This document shows, in pieces, positions 1 through 8,801 of a stretch of DNA of 32,000 bases (positions are counted from its first letter, which is position 1; each line of letters begins with the position of its first letter). A model generated the notes under the pieces. It had not been told where the DNA came from, did no database searches, and saw only the letters and a list, made by a program, of their open reading frames with translations. Made by a program: the position numbers and the translations under genes. This stretch comes from Sinorhizobium meliloti (GTDB taxonomy: Bacteria; Pseudomonadota; Alphaproteobacteria; Rhizobiales; Rhizobiaceae): the NCBI RefSeq assembly GCF_017876815.1, contig NZ_JAGIOS010000003.1, forward strand, positions 900,001-932,000, in the 5' to 3' direction.

Positions 1-1718
1 GTAGGAGGAAATGAGCACCATGAGGCCAGAGTAGCCCGACCAAAAGTCCCAATACGAGGTTTCCTTCAGTTCCGGACCGATCTTTTCGAGGGCGACGACA
101 GCTTCCTCGTAACGGTCCGTCGAGAAGTAGGCGAGTCCGGCAAGGAAGTAGCGCCAGCGCGACCAAGCGGGATCGACACGTGCTGCGGCATCAAGATTGT
201 CGAGCCCATCCTCGACCCTGCCGTTAAAAATCATGGCCATACTCAGCGACTCGTAGTTGGAAGGGTCGCTGGCGTCGAGTGCTATCGCCCGCGAGGCGGC
301 GGCGATAGCCTCATCGGACTTCTGCATCATGTTCAGTCTTCCGGCAAGGAGGCGGTAGTACGCCGGAGAGGGGTTCTTGGCGGCCTGTGCGAAGTATGCG
401 TTTGCCCTGCTACGGGCTTCGTCCTGCGAAACCCCGAGTAGTTTTGAACGGGCCTCGGTCCAATGAGCTTCCCTATACATCCAGGCGAGTGCCGCCGCTG
501 CATTGCCAAAGGCATCATCATGGGCCAACGCCTGCTCGTAGTACTTTACCGCCTCTATCCAATCCTCTGGCTTTTCCCTCAGCTCCAGTTCGCGGCCGAG
601 CAGATATGCCTCGTACGCGGCAGGGTTAGTTGTTCCACCAGCGACCGCAGTTTGCTCGCTCGTGACCAGCCGAAGCTTGAGCGCCGTTGCGACCTCCCCA
701 ACCATCCTGTCCTGCAACTCAAACACTGCTTTCCATTCGCCGTCGAACCGCTCCGCCCATATGTTGCCATTGGTCATGGAGTCGATGAGTTTGCATTGAT
801 GCGCATTTGGCCCCCGGTGCGACGCAGGCTGCCTTCCAGGATGTAGCGAACGCCCAATTGTGTCGAAACGTCTGATGGCAGGCGGGGCTTGTCTTTGAAG
901 GTGAATGCGGCATTGCGTGAGATCACGAACAGCCCGGGAATGCGTGCCAGTTCCGTTGTCAAATCCTCGGTGAGTCCGTCGGCCAGATAGCCCTGTTCTG
1001 TGTCGGTGCTCAGGTTGTCAAAGGGCAACACGACAAGCGAGGGGCGGGTATCAGAGCTAACAACGGAGGCATCGCCCCCCGGCTGCCATGGCTGCCACCA
1101 TGTTAGTCCCGCAAATAAAAGGGTGGCGATCCCTATGGCGGCTACATGAACAGCTCCGGATTGCCGGTCTCTCCTTGCTCCGCTGATTTTGCCCTCTGTC
1201 ACCGGATCGAGCACCACGCGATAGACCCGGATGGGCTCCGAGATGCTCTTGACCTTCTGCTCGCCCAGCGCACGGTAGCCGATGGCGAGCTTGGATTTGA
1301 CGTGGTCGTATGTGGTTCCGGATATCGCGATGCCGCCGGGTTCCGCCAGCACCTGCATGCGGTCAGCTATGTTGACACCGTCGCCGTGAATGTCGTCGCC
1401 TTCGACGATGATGTCGCCTAAATTGACGCCGATGCGGAAAACCATTCGCTGTTCGGGCGGCAAGGCCGCGTTGCGCCGAGCTTTCTCCTGCTGCAGTTCC
1501 ACCGCGCAGTGCAGGGCGTCCACCACGCTGTGGAACTCGACAAGGACGCCGTCTCCCATTGTCTTCACAAGCCGGCCGTGATGCTGGGCGGTTCTCGGTT
1601 CGAAGAGTTCGCGCAGGTCGCTGTGGAAGAGAAGACGCGTTCTCGCTTCATCGATCTCGCTCATCCGGCTGTAACCGACGACATCCGCAATCAGCACTGC
1701 TGCTAGACGGCGCTCCAT
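1..1718 (-). pseudogene. Class III adenylate/guanylate cyclase with TolB-like/TPR C-terminal region, paralog 1, frameshifted; 3' end runs off the window
   Basis: ORF 774-1937. Aligned to the two in-window paralogs, the real start is MERRLAAVLIADVVGYS at 1718. The frame ends ..GGQMRINANSSTP* at 774, where the paralogs read VRISAQLVD and VRVTAQLID. Shifting one base at about 787-796 restores ..LIDSMTNGNIWAERFDGEWKAVFELQD.., which stays open with TPR-like repeats down to base 1. Confidence 0.85.
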
Positions 1719-1893
1719 GCCCGTCTCTTCCCGGGGGCGACCCCCAAAACAATATCTTACAACACGTCGCGTGCCGGTGCCATCACCGTCACTGCGGCTT
1801 CCAATACCTGGCCCAGCAGAGGGGAGTTGCGGTACACGGCGGCGGGCCGATCCTGTCGCGGGAATTTGGAAGCCTGCTGAAAATAGGAAAGCA

Positions 1894-2098
1894 ATGACAC
1901 ATCGAACAGCACTTATTACCGGAGGCTCCTCGGGCATCGGCGCGGTTTACGCCGAACGTCTGGCGCGCCGGGGTCACTATCTTATCCTCGTCGCCCGCGA
2001 CTTCGACCGTCTGAAATCGCTTGCCAACCGTCTGTCCGGGCGATCACGGCATGGTCGTCACTCCTCCGGCCGCAGACCTCACGAGCGCGGCCGCCCTA
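1894..2098 (+). pseudogene. Short-chain dehydrogenase/reductase, N-terminal fragment with frameshift
   Basis: MTHRTALITGGSSGIGAVYAERLARRGHYLILVARDFDRLKSLANRLS carries the SDR TGxxxGIG Rossmann motif. Near 2040 the SDR-like reading (..DHGMVVTPPAADLTSAAAL) moves into the frame of ORF 2021-2212. Similarity stops by about 2100 and the catalytic YxxxK part is absent. Confidence 0.6.
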
Positions 2099-2171
2099 AC
2101 CTGCCCCACAAAGAGCATACGAGATGTCAGGTTGCCCAAGGGACTCCGCTGCCCAAACCGGCAGATAACAA

Positions 2172-2200
2172 GGAGGTCCGCACCGCAGGAGCGGACCTCC
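2172..2200. repeat. Perfect 10-bp inverted repeat GGAGGTCCGC-N9-GCGGACCTCC (stem-loop), role unknown
   Basis: Read directly. It lies in a ~500-bp stretch (2100-2627) with no supportable gene. On the minus strand it is followed by TTGTT only, so it is a weak terminator candidate at best. Confidence 0.5.
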
Positions 2201-2562
2201 GCCCCCCACTAGATCGTCGGTCGCCGTCGCCTCACCGCAAAGGATGCCTGCCGCGGCGCGCGTGCTTAGCTTCACGATCCATGAACATGCCTCGCGCGCT
2301 GCAACGTGTCGGGCGCGAGGATCAATCGAGGTGATCGAATGGGCGAGCCGACTCGATTGCTATTCACCGAGAAATGTGCCGAACAGTCGTGCGAGCGTCT
2401 CGGCATCTTCCCACATCGACGCCTATCAGTCCAATACCGACGCCTCCCACATAAGCAGCCAGGGTCTCACCAGCATTTTTGTGTCCGCCGCCATAAAGAC
2501 CGCCGACGGCTGAAGCGAAGCCGGTGCTATCGGCCACCCTTGTCATAGTGGAACAGGCCGAG

Positions 2563-2592
2563 CTTGTTAAGCAGGCCTTTGAGGTACTATAT
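2563..2592 (+). promoter_or_regulatory. Candidate sigma-70 promoter for cyclase paralog 2
   Basis: CTTGTT (2563-2568), an 18-nt spacer, then CTATAT (2587-2592). The -10 equals the rhizobial CTATAT consensus as I recall it. It lies 36 nt upstream of the ATG at 2628. Confidence 0.3.
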
Positions 2593-2627
2593 TAGCACCC
2601 CCGAAGATAATTGCCCGATCTCGCAAA

Positions 2628-4508
2628 ATGTTAGGGATAGTGATGTGTCCGGTTCATGAGACAACGACGCATCCCCTGAAGCGTAAACTCGTAGCGATCC
2701 TTGCGGCGGACGTTGTGGGATATAGCAAACTTGTGGGAGACGACGAGGAGGGTACGCTTACTCTCTTTCACCAATACGCCGAGATTGTCTCTGAATTGGT
2801 CTCATCGCACGGCGGCCGGGTTTTCAATACAGCAGGTGACGCTTTGATGGCCGAGTTCTCGAGTCCCGTCGAGGCAGTCAGAGCTTCGCTGGCGATCCAG
2901 CGGGAAATAGAACGGCAGAATGAAAGCATCGCCAAACACCGCCGGATACACTTCCGGATAGGAATTCACACCGGCGATGTCGTGGTGGAACACGACAACC
3001 TGGAAGGGGACGGTGTAAACATCGCCGCGCGTCTTCAAAGCCTGGCAGATACGGGCGGGATACTGATCTCGGGTGACGTCCACCATCACGTTCTCGGAAA
3101 ACTCGATGCCGCCTTCGAAAGCTTAGGCAGGAAGAGGTTGAAAAACATCTCCGCGCCAGTGCCGGTCTACCGCGTGCTGCCAAAGCCCCGGTCGTCGCTG
3201 CGTCAATTGCTTCGTCGAGCCGATGAGCACCGGACGTTGGCTGTCGTCACGGCGGCAGTCGTCGCGATCGTAACGGCCATCAGTTTAACCTCCTCCCCGA
3301 GCGCTATCTGGAACACCATAGCCAGTAGGATCGAGGGGCTTCCGAAGGAACCTTCGATTGCTGTTTTACCCCTGAGGGCGCTGGGCGACGATTCGCAGGA
3401 GGAATACCTGAGCGATGGCCTCACCACGGACATAACCGGAGAGTTGTCGCGCTTCAAAAACCTGTTTGTGATCGCGAGTAATTCCAGCTTTCCGTATAAG
3501 GACAAGCCGATCGACGTGCAATCTGTCGGACGGGAGCTGGGAGTCCGATATCTTCTTCAGGGAACCTTACAAAGGGATGGTGCTCGTGTCCGGATCAGCG
3601 CGCAGCTGGTCGACGCGCCGAGTCGTCGGCAAATTTGGTCTGATCGATATGACGGTCGGGGCAACGACATCTTTGCGATCCAGGACGACATCATAGAGAC
3701 TGTCGTGGCTAGGCTCGCCGTCCAAGTCAACGTCGCAGAAAGGGAGCGTATCATGCAGAACCCGACCGACAGTGCCGAGGCTTACGATCATTACCTGAGA
3801 GGACGCCAGCAGTTTGACTTGTACTCCCGGGAAGGCAACGCCAGGGCAAAGGAGGAGTTCTCAAGGGCCATCGAGTTGGACCCGAAATTTGCTCGCGCCT
3901 ATTCATGGGCGGGTTACGCCCATCTCGAAGACTACAAGCAAGGATGGGCCGACAGCCCGGACACGGCGGTCAGATTTGCAACCCAGGCCGTCAAAATGGC
4001 TCCGGATGACTACTACACACATTGGACGCTTGCGTCCGTCTACATGGAATTGAAGGATATGGTCGGCGCGCGCAGGGAGTACGACCGAGCTTACGAGCTG
4101 AATGGTAACGATCCTGACCTGCTGGCCGAGAGGGCGGACATGCTGAGCTTCCAAGGCGATCCTGCCAGCGCCATTACCGATATTGAAAGGGCCAAACGCC
4201 TGAATCCGAGTTTTCCGGAGTGGTACCAGTGGTCGCTTGCCTTGGCTCATTTCCAAGACAGGAACTATGATGAGACAATCAGGCTGCTAACCGCGATGTC
4301 TGATCTGCCCAATGAGGCTTATTTGATGCTGGCCATGAGCCAGGCAAGAGTGGGACACTCCCCCTCACATGCCGCAATCATGAGGGATTTGCGCGCTAAG
4401 GAGTATGCGGCGTCCACGCCCCATCGATTATTCAGTTGCGGCGATCTGAGGTTGATCGACGGGCCGTCAAATGAGCTCACCGAAGAGTATCTGACGAGCT
4501 CATTGTGA
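2628..4508 (+). CDS. Class III adenylate cyclase-TPR protein, paralog 2; native to 4402, last 35 codons read into the IS66 left end (chimeric C-terminus)
   Basis: 626-aa ORF. The N-terminus RKLVAILAADVVGYSKLV..GDALMAEF..FRIGIHTGDVV..GDGVNIAARL is a cyclase catalytic domain. A TM segment, a TolB-like segment (SIAVLPLRALGDD..) and TPR-like repeats follow. The native frame ends at ..LRAKE inside the 8-bp target duplication. An alternative ATG at 2643 has AGGGA 6 nt upstream. Confidence 0.85.
   Translation: MLGIVMCPVHETTTHPLKRKLVAILAADVVGYSKLVGDDEEGTLTLFHQYAEIVSELVSSHGGRVFNTAGDALMAEFSSPVEAVRASLAIQREIERQNESIAKHRRIHFRIGIHTGDVVVEHDNLEGDGVNIAARLQSLADTGGILISGDVHHHVLGKLDAAFESLGRKRLKNISAPVPVYRVLPKPRSSLRQLLRRADEHRTLAVVTAAVVAIVTAISLTSSPSAIWNTIASRIEGLPKEPSIAVLPLRALGDDSQEEYLSDGLTTDITGELSRFKNLFVIASNSSFPYKDKPIDVQSVGRELGVRYLLQGTLQRDGARVRISAQLVDAPSRRQIWSDRYDGRGNDIFAIQDDIIETVVARLAVQVNVAERERIMQNPTDSAEAYDHYLRGRQQFDLYSREGNARAKEEFSRAIELDPKFARAYSWAGYAHLEDYKQGWADSPDTAVRFATQAVKMAPDDYYTHWTLASVYMELKDMVGARREYDRAYELNGNDPDLLAERADMLSFQGDPASAITDIERAKRLNPSFPEWYQWSLALAHFQDRNYDETIRLLTAMSDLPNEAYLMLAMSQARVGHSPSHAAIMRDLRAKEYAASTPHRLFSCGDLRLIDGPSNELTEEYLTSSL
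4395..4402. repeat. Left copy of the 8-bp target site duplication GCTAAGGA of the IS66 element
   Basis: Identical octamer immediately outside both IS ends (4395-4402 and 9688-9695). IS66-family elements make 8-bp duplications. Confidence 0.9.
4403..4435. repeat. IS66 terminal inverted repeat, left
   Basis: Matches the reverse complement of 9655-9687 at 22 of 33 positions by my hand alignment, including GTA.GCG.CGTC..CGCCCCAT. Confidence 0.75.
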
Positions 4509-4718
4509 GGCCTGGATGCGAGCGGCATAGGCCCATGGCATCAGGGCATCGATGTCTTTGGCGAGGTGGCCGTTTGCGAGGCGGGTGAAGAGGTTGCACA
4601 GATAGGCGTAGGGCTCAACGCCGTTCATTTTACAAGTGCCGATCAGGCTGGCAAACCGGGCCCAATTGCGGCCCCCTTCATCGTGCCCCGCAAAGAGCGC
4701 ATTGCGGCGGTTCATGGC
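4500..4718 (-). pseudogene. tnpC: IS66 transposase TnpC, 3' fragment (C-terminal 72 aa)
   Basis: MNRRNALFAGHDEGGRNWARFASLIGTCKMNGVEPYAYLCNLFTRLANGH..LMPWAY is the conserved IS66 transposase C-terminus. It is separated from the rest of the gene by the 4719-7302 insert. Confidence 0.9.
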
Positions 4719-4720
4719 CA

Positions 4721-5203
4721 TTGCAAGGTCATTCTACCCATATCGGCGAATATGTGACCATTCATTACCCACATCATCCGCTTTTTGGGAAGCGCGTGAG
4801 ACGTCAGGGCGTCGATCATCGCAAAGGCGGGGCGGTCGCGCACATCGAGACGACGCCCGGTAATGTCATTGTCATTCCGACGTGGATGCTGGATCCGATT
4901 GCCTGTGCGGGCATGGAGATTGGCGAGCCCCGTGCTTCCCTTGAAGCGCTCATTGAACTCGCCAGTCTATTGACCCCTCAAGGTGAGAGGGCACCCTCGT
5001 CAACTGCCAAAGCAGTTGACGAGGAGGTTCCAGATGAAACTGCCAACGCCAATTCCACCCGAGGGTCCGCGCCAGATGATCATGGCGTTCGACTCGGTGA
5101 AGACGCGTGGGATGAGCCCGCGCCAAAGGGAAGCCGCACTGATGGCATTGGCCATGTTGTTGATGGAGGCGGCCTGTGTAGCGGAGAAGGAGGCGCCGCA
5201 TGA
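4721..5203 (+). CDS. Small element-borne protein (orfA); N-terminal ~85 aa look conserved, C-terminal part doubtful
   Basis: Non-ATG start (TTG 4721 or in-frame GTG 4754). VTIHYPHHPLFGKRV..IPTWMLDPIACAGMEIGEPRASLEALIELASLL resembles, from memory, small HPxHPLxG proteins annotated as the Y4bD/Y4pK or DUF5372 type. The family name is unverified. After about 4990 the frame is low-complexity and overlapped by orfB. Confidence 0.5.
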   Translation: MQGHSTHIGEYVTIHYPHHPLFGKRVRRQGVDHRKGGAVAHIETTPGNVIVIPTWMLDPIACAGMEIGEPRASLEALIELASLLTPQGERAPSSTAKAVDEEVPDETANANSTRGSAPDDHGVRLGEDAWDEPAPKGSRTDGIGHVVDGGGLCSGEGGAA

Positions 5204-5213
5204 ACGCGTTTAG
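5034..5213 (+). CDS. Small element-borne protein (orfB), 59 aa
   Basis: ATG preceded by GAGGAGG with a 6-nt spacer. MKLPTPIPPEGPRQMIMAFDSVKTRGMSPRQREAALMALAMLLMEAACVAEKEAPHERV. Hand-counted GC3 is about 73% in this frame versus about 48% in the overlapping orfA frame. The stop overlaps the recombinase start. Confidence 0.5.
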   Translation: MKLPTPIPPEGPRQMIMAFDSVKTRGMSPRQREAALMALAMLLMEAACVAEKEAPHERV

Positions 5214-7275
5214 CCCTCTGCCGCCAGCGCTTCTGAAGCGTAAAGCCGTCGTCTATGTGCGACAATCGAGCCAAAGCCAGGTCATGCAAAATCTCGAGAG
5301 CCAACGGCGCCAATACGATCTTGTGGATGCTGCGCGCCAGCACGGTTTCCGACGGGTCGAGGTGATTGATGATGACCTCGGATTGTCGGCGAGCGGCGCG
5401 GTCGCCCGTCCGGGGTTCGAACGTCTTGTCGCCTGGCTCTGCGCCGGAGACGTCGGCGCCGTTTTGTGTTTCGATGCTTCGCGTCTCGCCCGAAACGGGC
5501 GTGACTGGCATCATTTGCTCGAACTTTGCGGCCTCGTGGACGCCCGCGTCATCGACCAGGACGGCGTCTATAATCCGTGCTCTCCTAATGATCGTTTGCT
5601 TTTGGGCATGAAGGGCACGATCAGCGAGTTCGAGCTTGGCATTATTCGCGCGCGCATGCTCGACGCTGCGCGTGCCAAGGCCAGACGCGGAGAGCTGCGC
5701 ATCAGCGTTCCTATCGGTTATATCTGGTACCGCGATGCGGGCCTTGGTTTCGATCCGGATCTGCGCGTGCAGGAAGCCGTCCGTCTGATCTTCAGCCGGT
5801 TTCGAGAGCTGAGAAGCGGTCGCCAGGTACTGTTGTCGCTGACGGAAGACAAGCTTTGCTTCCCACGTCCGACGGACGGACGCAACACGACGACTTTCGA
5901 CTGGACACCGATCCGATATCGCAATGTCATCTCGGTGCTAAAGAATCCGTTTTACGCTGGCGTTTATGCTTACGGCAAAAGCGAGAAGCGCACCGAGATT
6001 ATCGATGGCCGCGCCCGCAAGACCTATGGCCATGGCAAACCGAAGGAGGAGTGGGAAGTTTTTCTCAAAGATCACCACGACGGTTATATCGAATGGGACG
6101 AATATGAACGCAACCAGGCGCTGCTCGCCGCCAACGCCTATGGGCAAAAGGGCGGTGCAAAATCGGGCCGCGGTGGGCGTGCGCTGCTTTCTGGGCTCCT
6201 TTCCTGCGGTCGTTGCGGGCGGCGCCTGTGCGTCGCCTATACCGGCAAAACGCCACGTCCGGTTTACCGCTGCGAACGCCCCAATTTGATGTTAGGACTC
6301 AATCGATGTCTTGGCTTCGGCGGCCCGCGAATTGACAAAGCGGTTGCCGCGGAGCTTCTGCGCGTAGTCCAGCCGATGGCGATAGAGGCGGCGATGCAAG
6401 CTGAACACATGCAGTCTGAGGCGCGAGCTGAACGCCGCCGCGCCGCTGAACTCGACCTGCAGAAGGCGCAATATGAAGCTGCGCTCGCAGAACGACGCTA
6501 CGCCGCCTGCGATCCCGACAATCGCCTGATCGCGGCAACGCTGGAGAAGAACTGGGAGGTCGCTTTAAAACGCCTGGAGGCCTGCAAGACACGCCTTGAC
6601 GCCGAACAGCTCCCGGATACCCCGGCAAAGCTGCCTGATTTAGATGGCTTGGCGGAAGATCTGCAGGCCGCCTGGAATGCGCCGGGCGTCAGCACGCGGG
6701 CGCGGCAGCGCCTCGCGCGGGCGCTGATCAAGGACATCATCGCTGATGTCGACGAAGAAGCGCGCGACGTCGTCCTGACAATCCATTGGCAGGGTGGTCA
6801 GCACTCGCAACTGCGCGTCAGAAAGCCCAAGACCGGCGAACATGGTTGCAATACGTCCGAAGACGCTCTTGAGGTCATGCGTTCCATGGCTGGAAGATGG
6901 AGCGACAGCGATATCGCAGCCACTCTCAATCGCATGGGCATACGCACAGGCTTTGGCCACACCTGGACGGCTCACCGCGTCTCTTCGATCCGCCGTGTCA
7001 ACGATATTCACGCATACTTTTCTGCCGAAAAGAGCGGCAAATGGCTGACGATGACGGAGGCGGCCACCAAACTCGGCGTGACAAACCACGTCATCCGCAA
7101 CCTGATCAAGGCAAAAATCCTGCCGGCCGAACAAGTCGTGCCCAGAGCGCCTTATCAGATTAAAGCCGTTGATATCGAACGCGAAGATATCATTGAAGCG
7201 ATTAACAATAGACGACGGAAACGCCCATATCGCGACCCTCGGCAAATCGCCCTTCCAATAAATTCAATTACTTAG
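5200..7275 (+). CDS. Large serine recombinase (691 aa)
   Basis: AAGGAGG lies 7 nt upstream. The N-terminal resolvase domain reads KAVVYVRQSSQSQ..RPGFERL..VLCFDASRLARN. A recombinase domain and a zinc ribbon (CGRCGRRLCVAY..YRCERP..RC) follow. Next comes a coiled coil (AELDLQKAQYEAALAERRY..LEKNWEVALKRLE), then a C-terminal HTH-like tail. Confidence 0.95.
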   Translation: MNAFSPLPPALLKRKAVVYVRQSSQSQVMQNLESQRRQYDLVDAARQHGFRRVEVIDDDLGLSASGAVARPGFERLVAWLCAGDVGAVLCFDASRLARNGRDWHHLLELCGLVDARVIDQDGVYNPCSPNDRLLLGMKGTISEFELGIIRARMLDAARAKARRGELRISVPIGYIWYRDAGLGFDPDLRVQEAVRLIFSRFRELRSGRQVLLSLTEDKLCFPRPTDGRNTTTFDWTPIRYRNVISVLKNPFYAGVYAYGKSEKRTEIIDGRARKTYGHGKPKEEWEVFLKDHHDGYIEWDEYERNQALLAANAYGQKGGAKSGRGGRALLSGLLSCGRCGRRLCVAYTGKTPRPVYRCERPNLMLGLNRCLGFGGPRIDKAVAAELLRVVQPMAIEAAMQAEHMQSEARAERRRAAELDLQKAQYEAALAERRYAACDPDNRLIAATLEKNWEVALKRLEACKTRLDAEQLPDTPAKLPDLDGLAEDLQAAWNAPGVSTRARQRLARALIKDIIADVDEEARDVVLTIHWQGGQHSQLRVRKPKTGEHGCNTSEDALEVMRSMAGRWSDSDIAATLNRMGIRTGFGHTWTAHRVSSIRRVNDIHAYFSAEKSGKWLTMTEAATKLGVTNHVIRNLIKAKILPAEQVVPRAPYQIKAVDIEREDIIEAINNRRRKRPYRDPRQIALPINSIT

Positions 7276-7302
7276 AAAGGGGGTGCATAATGACTCATGT
7301 CC

Positions 7303-8739
7303 GGCGGGTCGGCGGATCGCGTTTTCCACCAGGTTGGAGTCGATATCGACGTGGCCGTCGTCCAGGTACAGCCGGAAGCCGTCCTGCCGCGTTAGCATAT
7401 AGGCCAGGGCTTTTCCGAGGTCAGACTTGCGTGAGATGCGCTTGGCTTGCGCTGCCAGCCAGGTGAAGAACGCGTCCACCAGCGGGAGGGACAGCTCCTG
7501 TCGAACTGCCCGGCGATGTTCGGGATCTGAGCCACGGATGCTGTCTTCGATCTTGTAGAGCGCGGCGATCCGCACCAGCGCCTCGTCGACGATGGGCGAT
7601 CCACTCTTTGGCGTGGCCTTGATCAGCTTTCTGCGCCCGTGCGCCCAACAGAAAGCCAGCCTCAAGGGATCGCCACCCACCCGGTCCGACGTGGCGAGGT
7701 GAGAGTAACCACCGTAGGCATCCACTTGGATTGTCCCGTTAAACCCGTCGAGGATTTCAGCGGCATATTCGCCTTTACGCCCGGGCCGGTAATGGAACAC
7801 CACGCCTGGCGGCGCAGAGCCATTCCAGCCGCGATCGTCACGCAACACGGCCCATAGATAACCGGTCTTCGTTTTGCCTCGCCCCGGATCAAGCACCGGA
7901 GCCGTTGTCTCGTCGACATAAAGCCGCGTGCTTTCCCACAGCAGCCGTTTGGCCATATGGTCGACCACCGGCGCGATCGCAGCACCCGTCCTGCCCATCC
8001 AATCGGCCAGGACGGTGCGGTCTATCGGCACCCCGTGTCGCGCCATGACCTCGGCCTGCCGGTTGAGCGGCATATGTTCGGAATGCTTGGAGACGGCAAT
8101 CTCAGCCAGAAGGGCTTCGGTCGGCCAGCTCCCTTCTAAGAGATGCGCCGGCGCTCTGGCCTGGACGATGCCCGTTCGACCCTTGGGGCAGGCGTATTTC
8201 GGGCGGATCGTGACGATCACCTCGTAGCGCGCCGGAATCCGGTCGAGCCGTTCCGTCCGGTCTTCGCCGATCCGGACCATGTTGCCGCAACCGCAGGGAC
8301 AAACGATGCTCTCAGGCTCGATCACCCGCTCGACCCGCGGCAAATGTTCGGGCAGTGCACGGGCCTTACGCTCCTTGCGAGGAGCGACTTTTTCCGGATC
8401 AGATGCGCTGGCTTCGATCTTTTTCTCGACGGCGGCAATCCGCGCCTGTGTTTCGGCAATTGCCGTTTCAAGGTCTTCCAGCGCCAGTTCCATCTGCGCC
8501 GGATCGAGCTTTTCCGATTTCGGCCCGAACTTCGTGCGCCGATAGTCGTGAACCTGACCTTCAAGCTTCTCGACCAGTTCCTTCAGCTCGGCGATGAACG
8601 CATCCTTTTCGGCAACCACAGCCTGCTCATGCTGACGTGCAGCACGCTCGACCGACAGCTCGAACTGCATCGCCGCAAACGCCTTCACCACCTCGGGCGG
8701 AAGGTTCGGAAACAGGCTGAGATCAAGGGGTGACGACAT
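7303..8739 (-). pseudogene. tnpC: IS66 transposase TnpC, 5' fragment (residues 1-479)
   Basis: ORF 7264-8739. It has the zinc-finger CPCGCG..YACPKG and the DDE region ..LYVDETTAPVL..GYLWAV..QVDAYGGY..CWAHGRRK... The native sequence ends ..DSNLVENAIRRPA at 7303. Twelve insert-derived codons (GHESLCTPFLSN*) then follow. Confidence 0.9.
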
Positions 8740-8801
8740 GCGGCCTTATAGCAAGGCAGCACAAAAAAGCCAAATAAAACAATGCAAAGGCAGCCGTATA
8801 T

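Larger units (their letters stand above)
4719..7302 (+). mobile_element. Compact large-serine-recombinase element inserted in tnpC, flanked by GGC at 4716-4718 and 7303-7305
   Basis: Removing 2587 bp rejoins tnpC seamlessly as ..AIRRPAMNRRNALFAG... The insert carries three same-strand ORFs that fill it end to end. An imperfect internal inverted repeat is present: GTCATTCTACCC at 4728-4739 versus the reverse complement of 7281-7294, GTCATTATGCACCC. Confidence 0.75.

Noticed and set aside
774-1937. N-terminal 73 residues of the 387-aa track ORF.
   Set aside because: Both paralogs start at the conserved M-E/L-R-K/R-L motif. The upstream extension is Pro/Arg/Gly-rich and overlaps the divergent SDR promoter region, so the start was moved to 1718.
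1717-2334. 205-aa ORF in the track.
   Set aside because: It is a composite. The first 59 residues are intergenic read-through, residues 60-107 are the SDR fragment, and the rest is out-of-frame Arg/Pro-rich noise.
2364-2546. 60-aa glycine-rich ORF (..GFASAVGGLYGGGHKNAGETLAAYVGGVGIGLIGV..), possibly a Gly-zipper membrane peptide or bacteriocin-like peptide.
   Set aside because: No RBS, and the C-terminal third looks like random read-through. No family recognised. The surrounding 2100-2627 stretch looks like debris next to the truncated SDR.
6640-8733. 201-aa (6640-7245, minus) and 196-aa (8143-8733, plus) ORFs.
   Set aside because: They are antisense to the serine recombinase and to tnpC respectively, and are shadow ORFs of GC-rich coding DNA.
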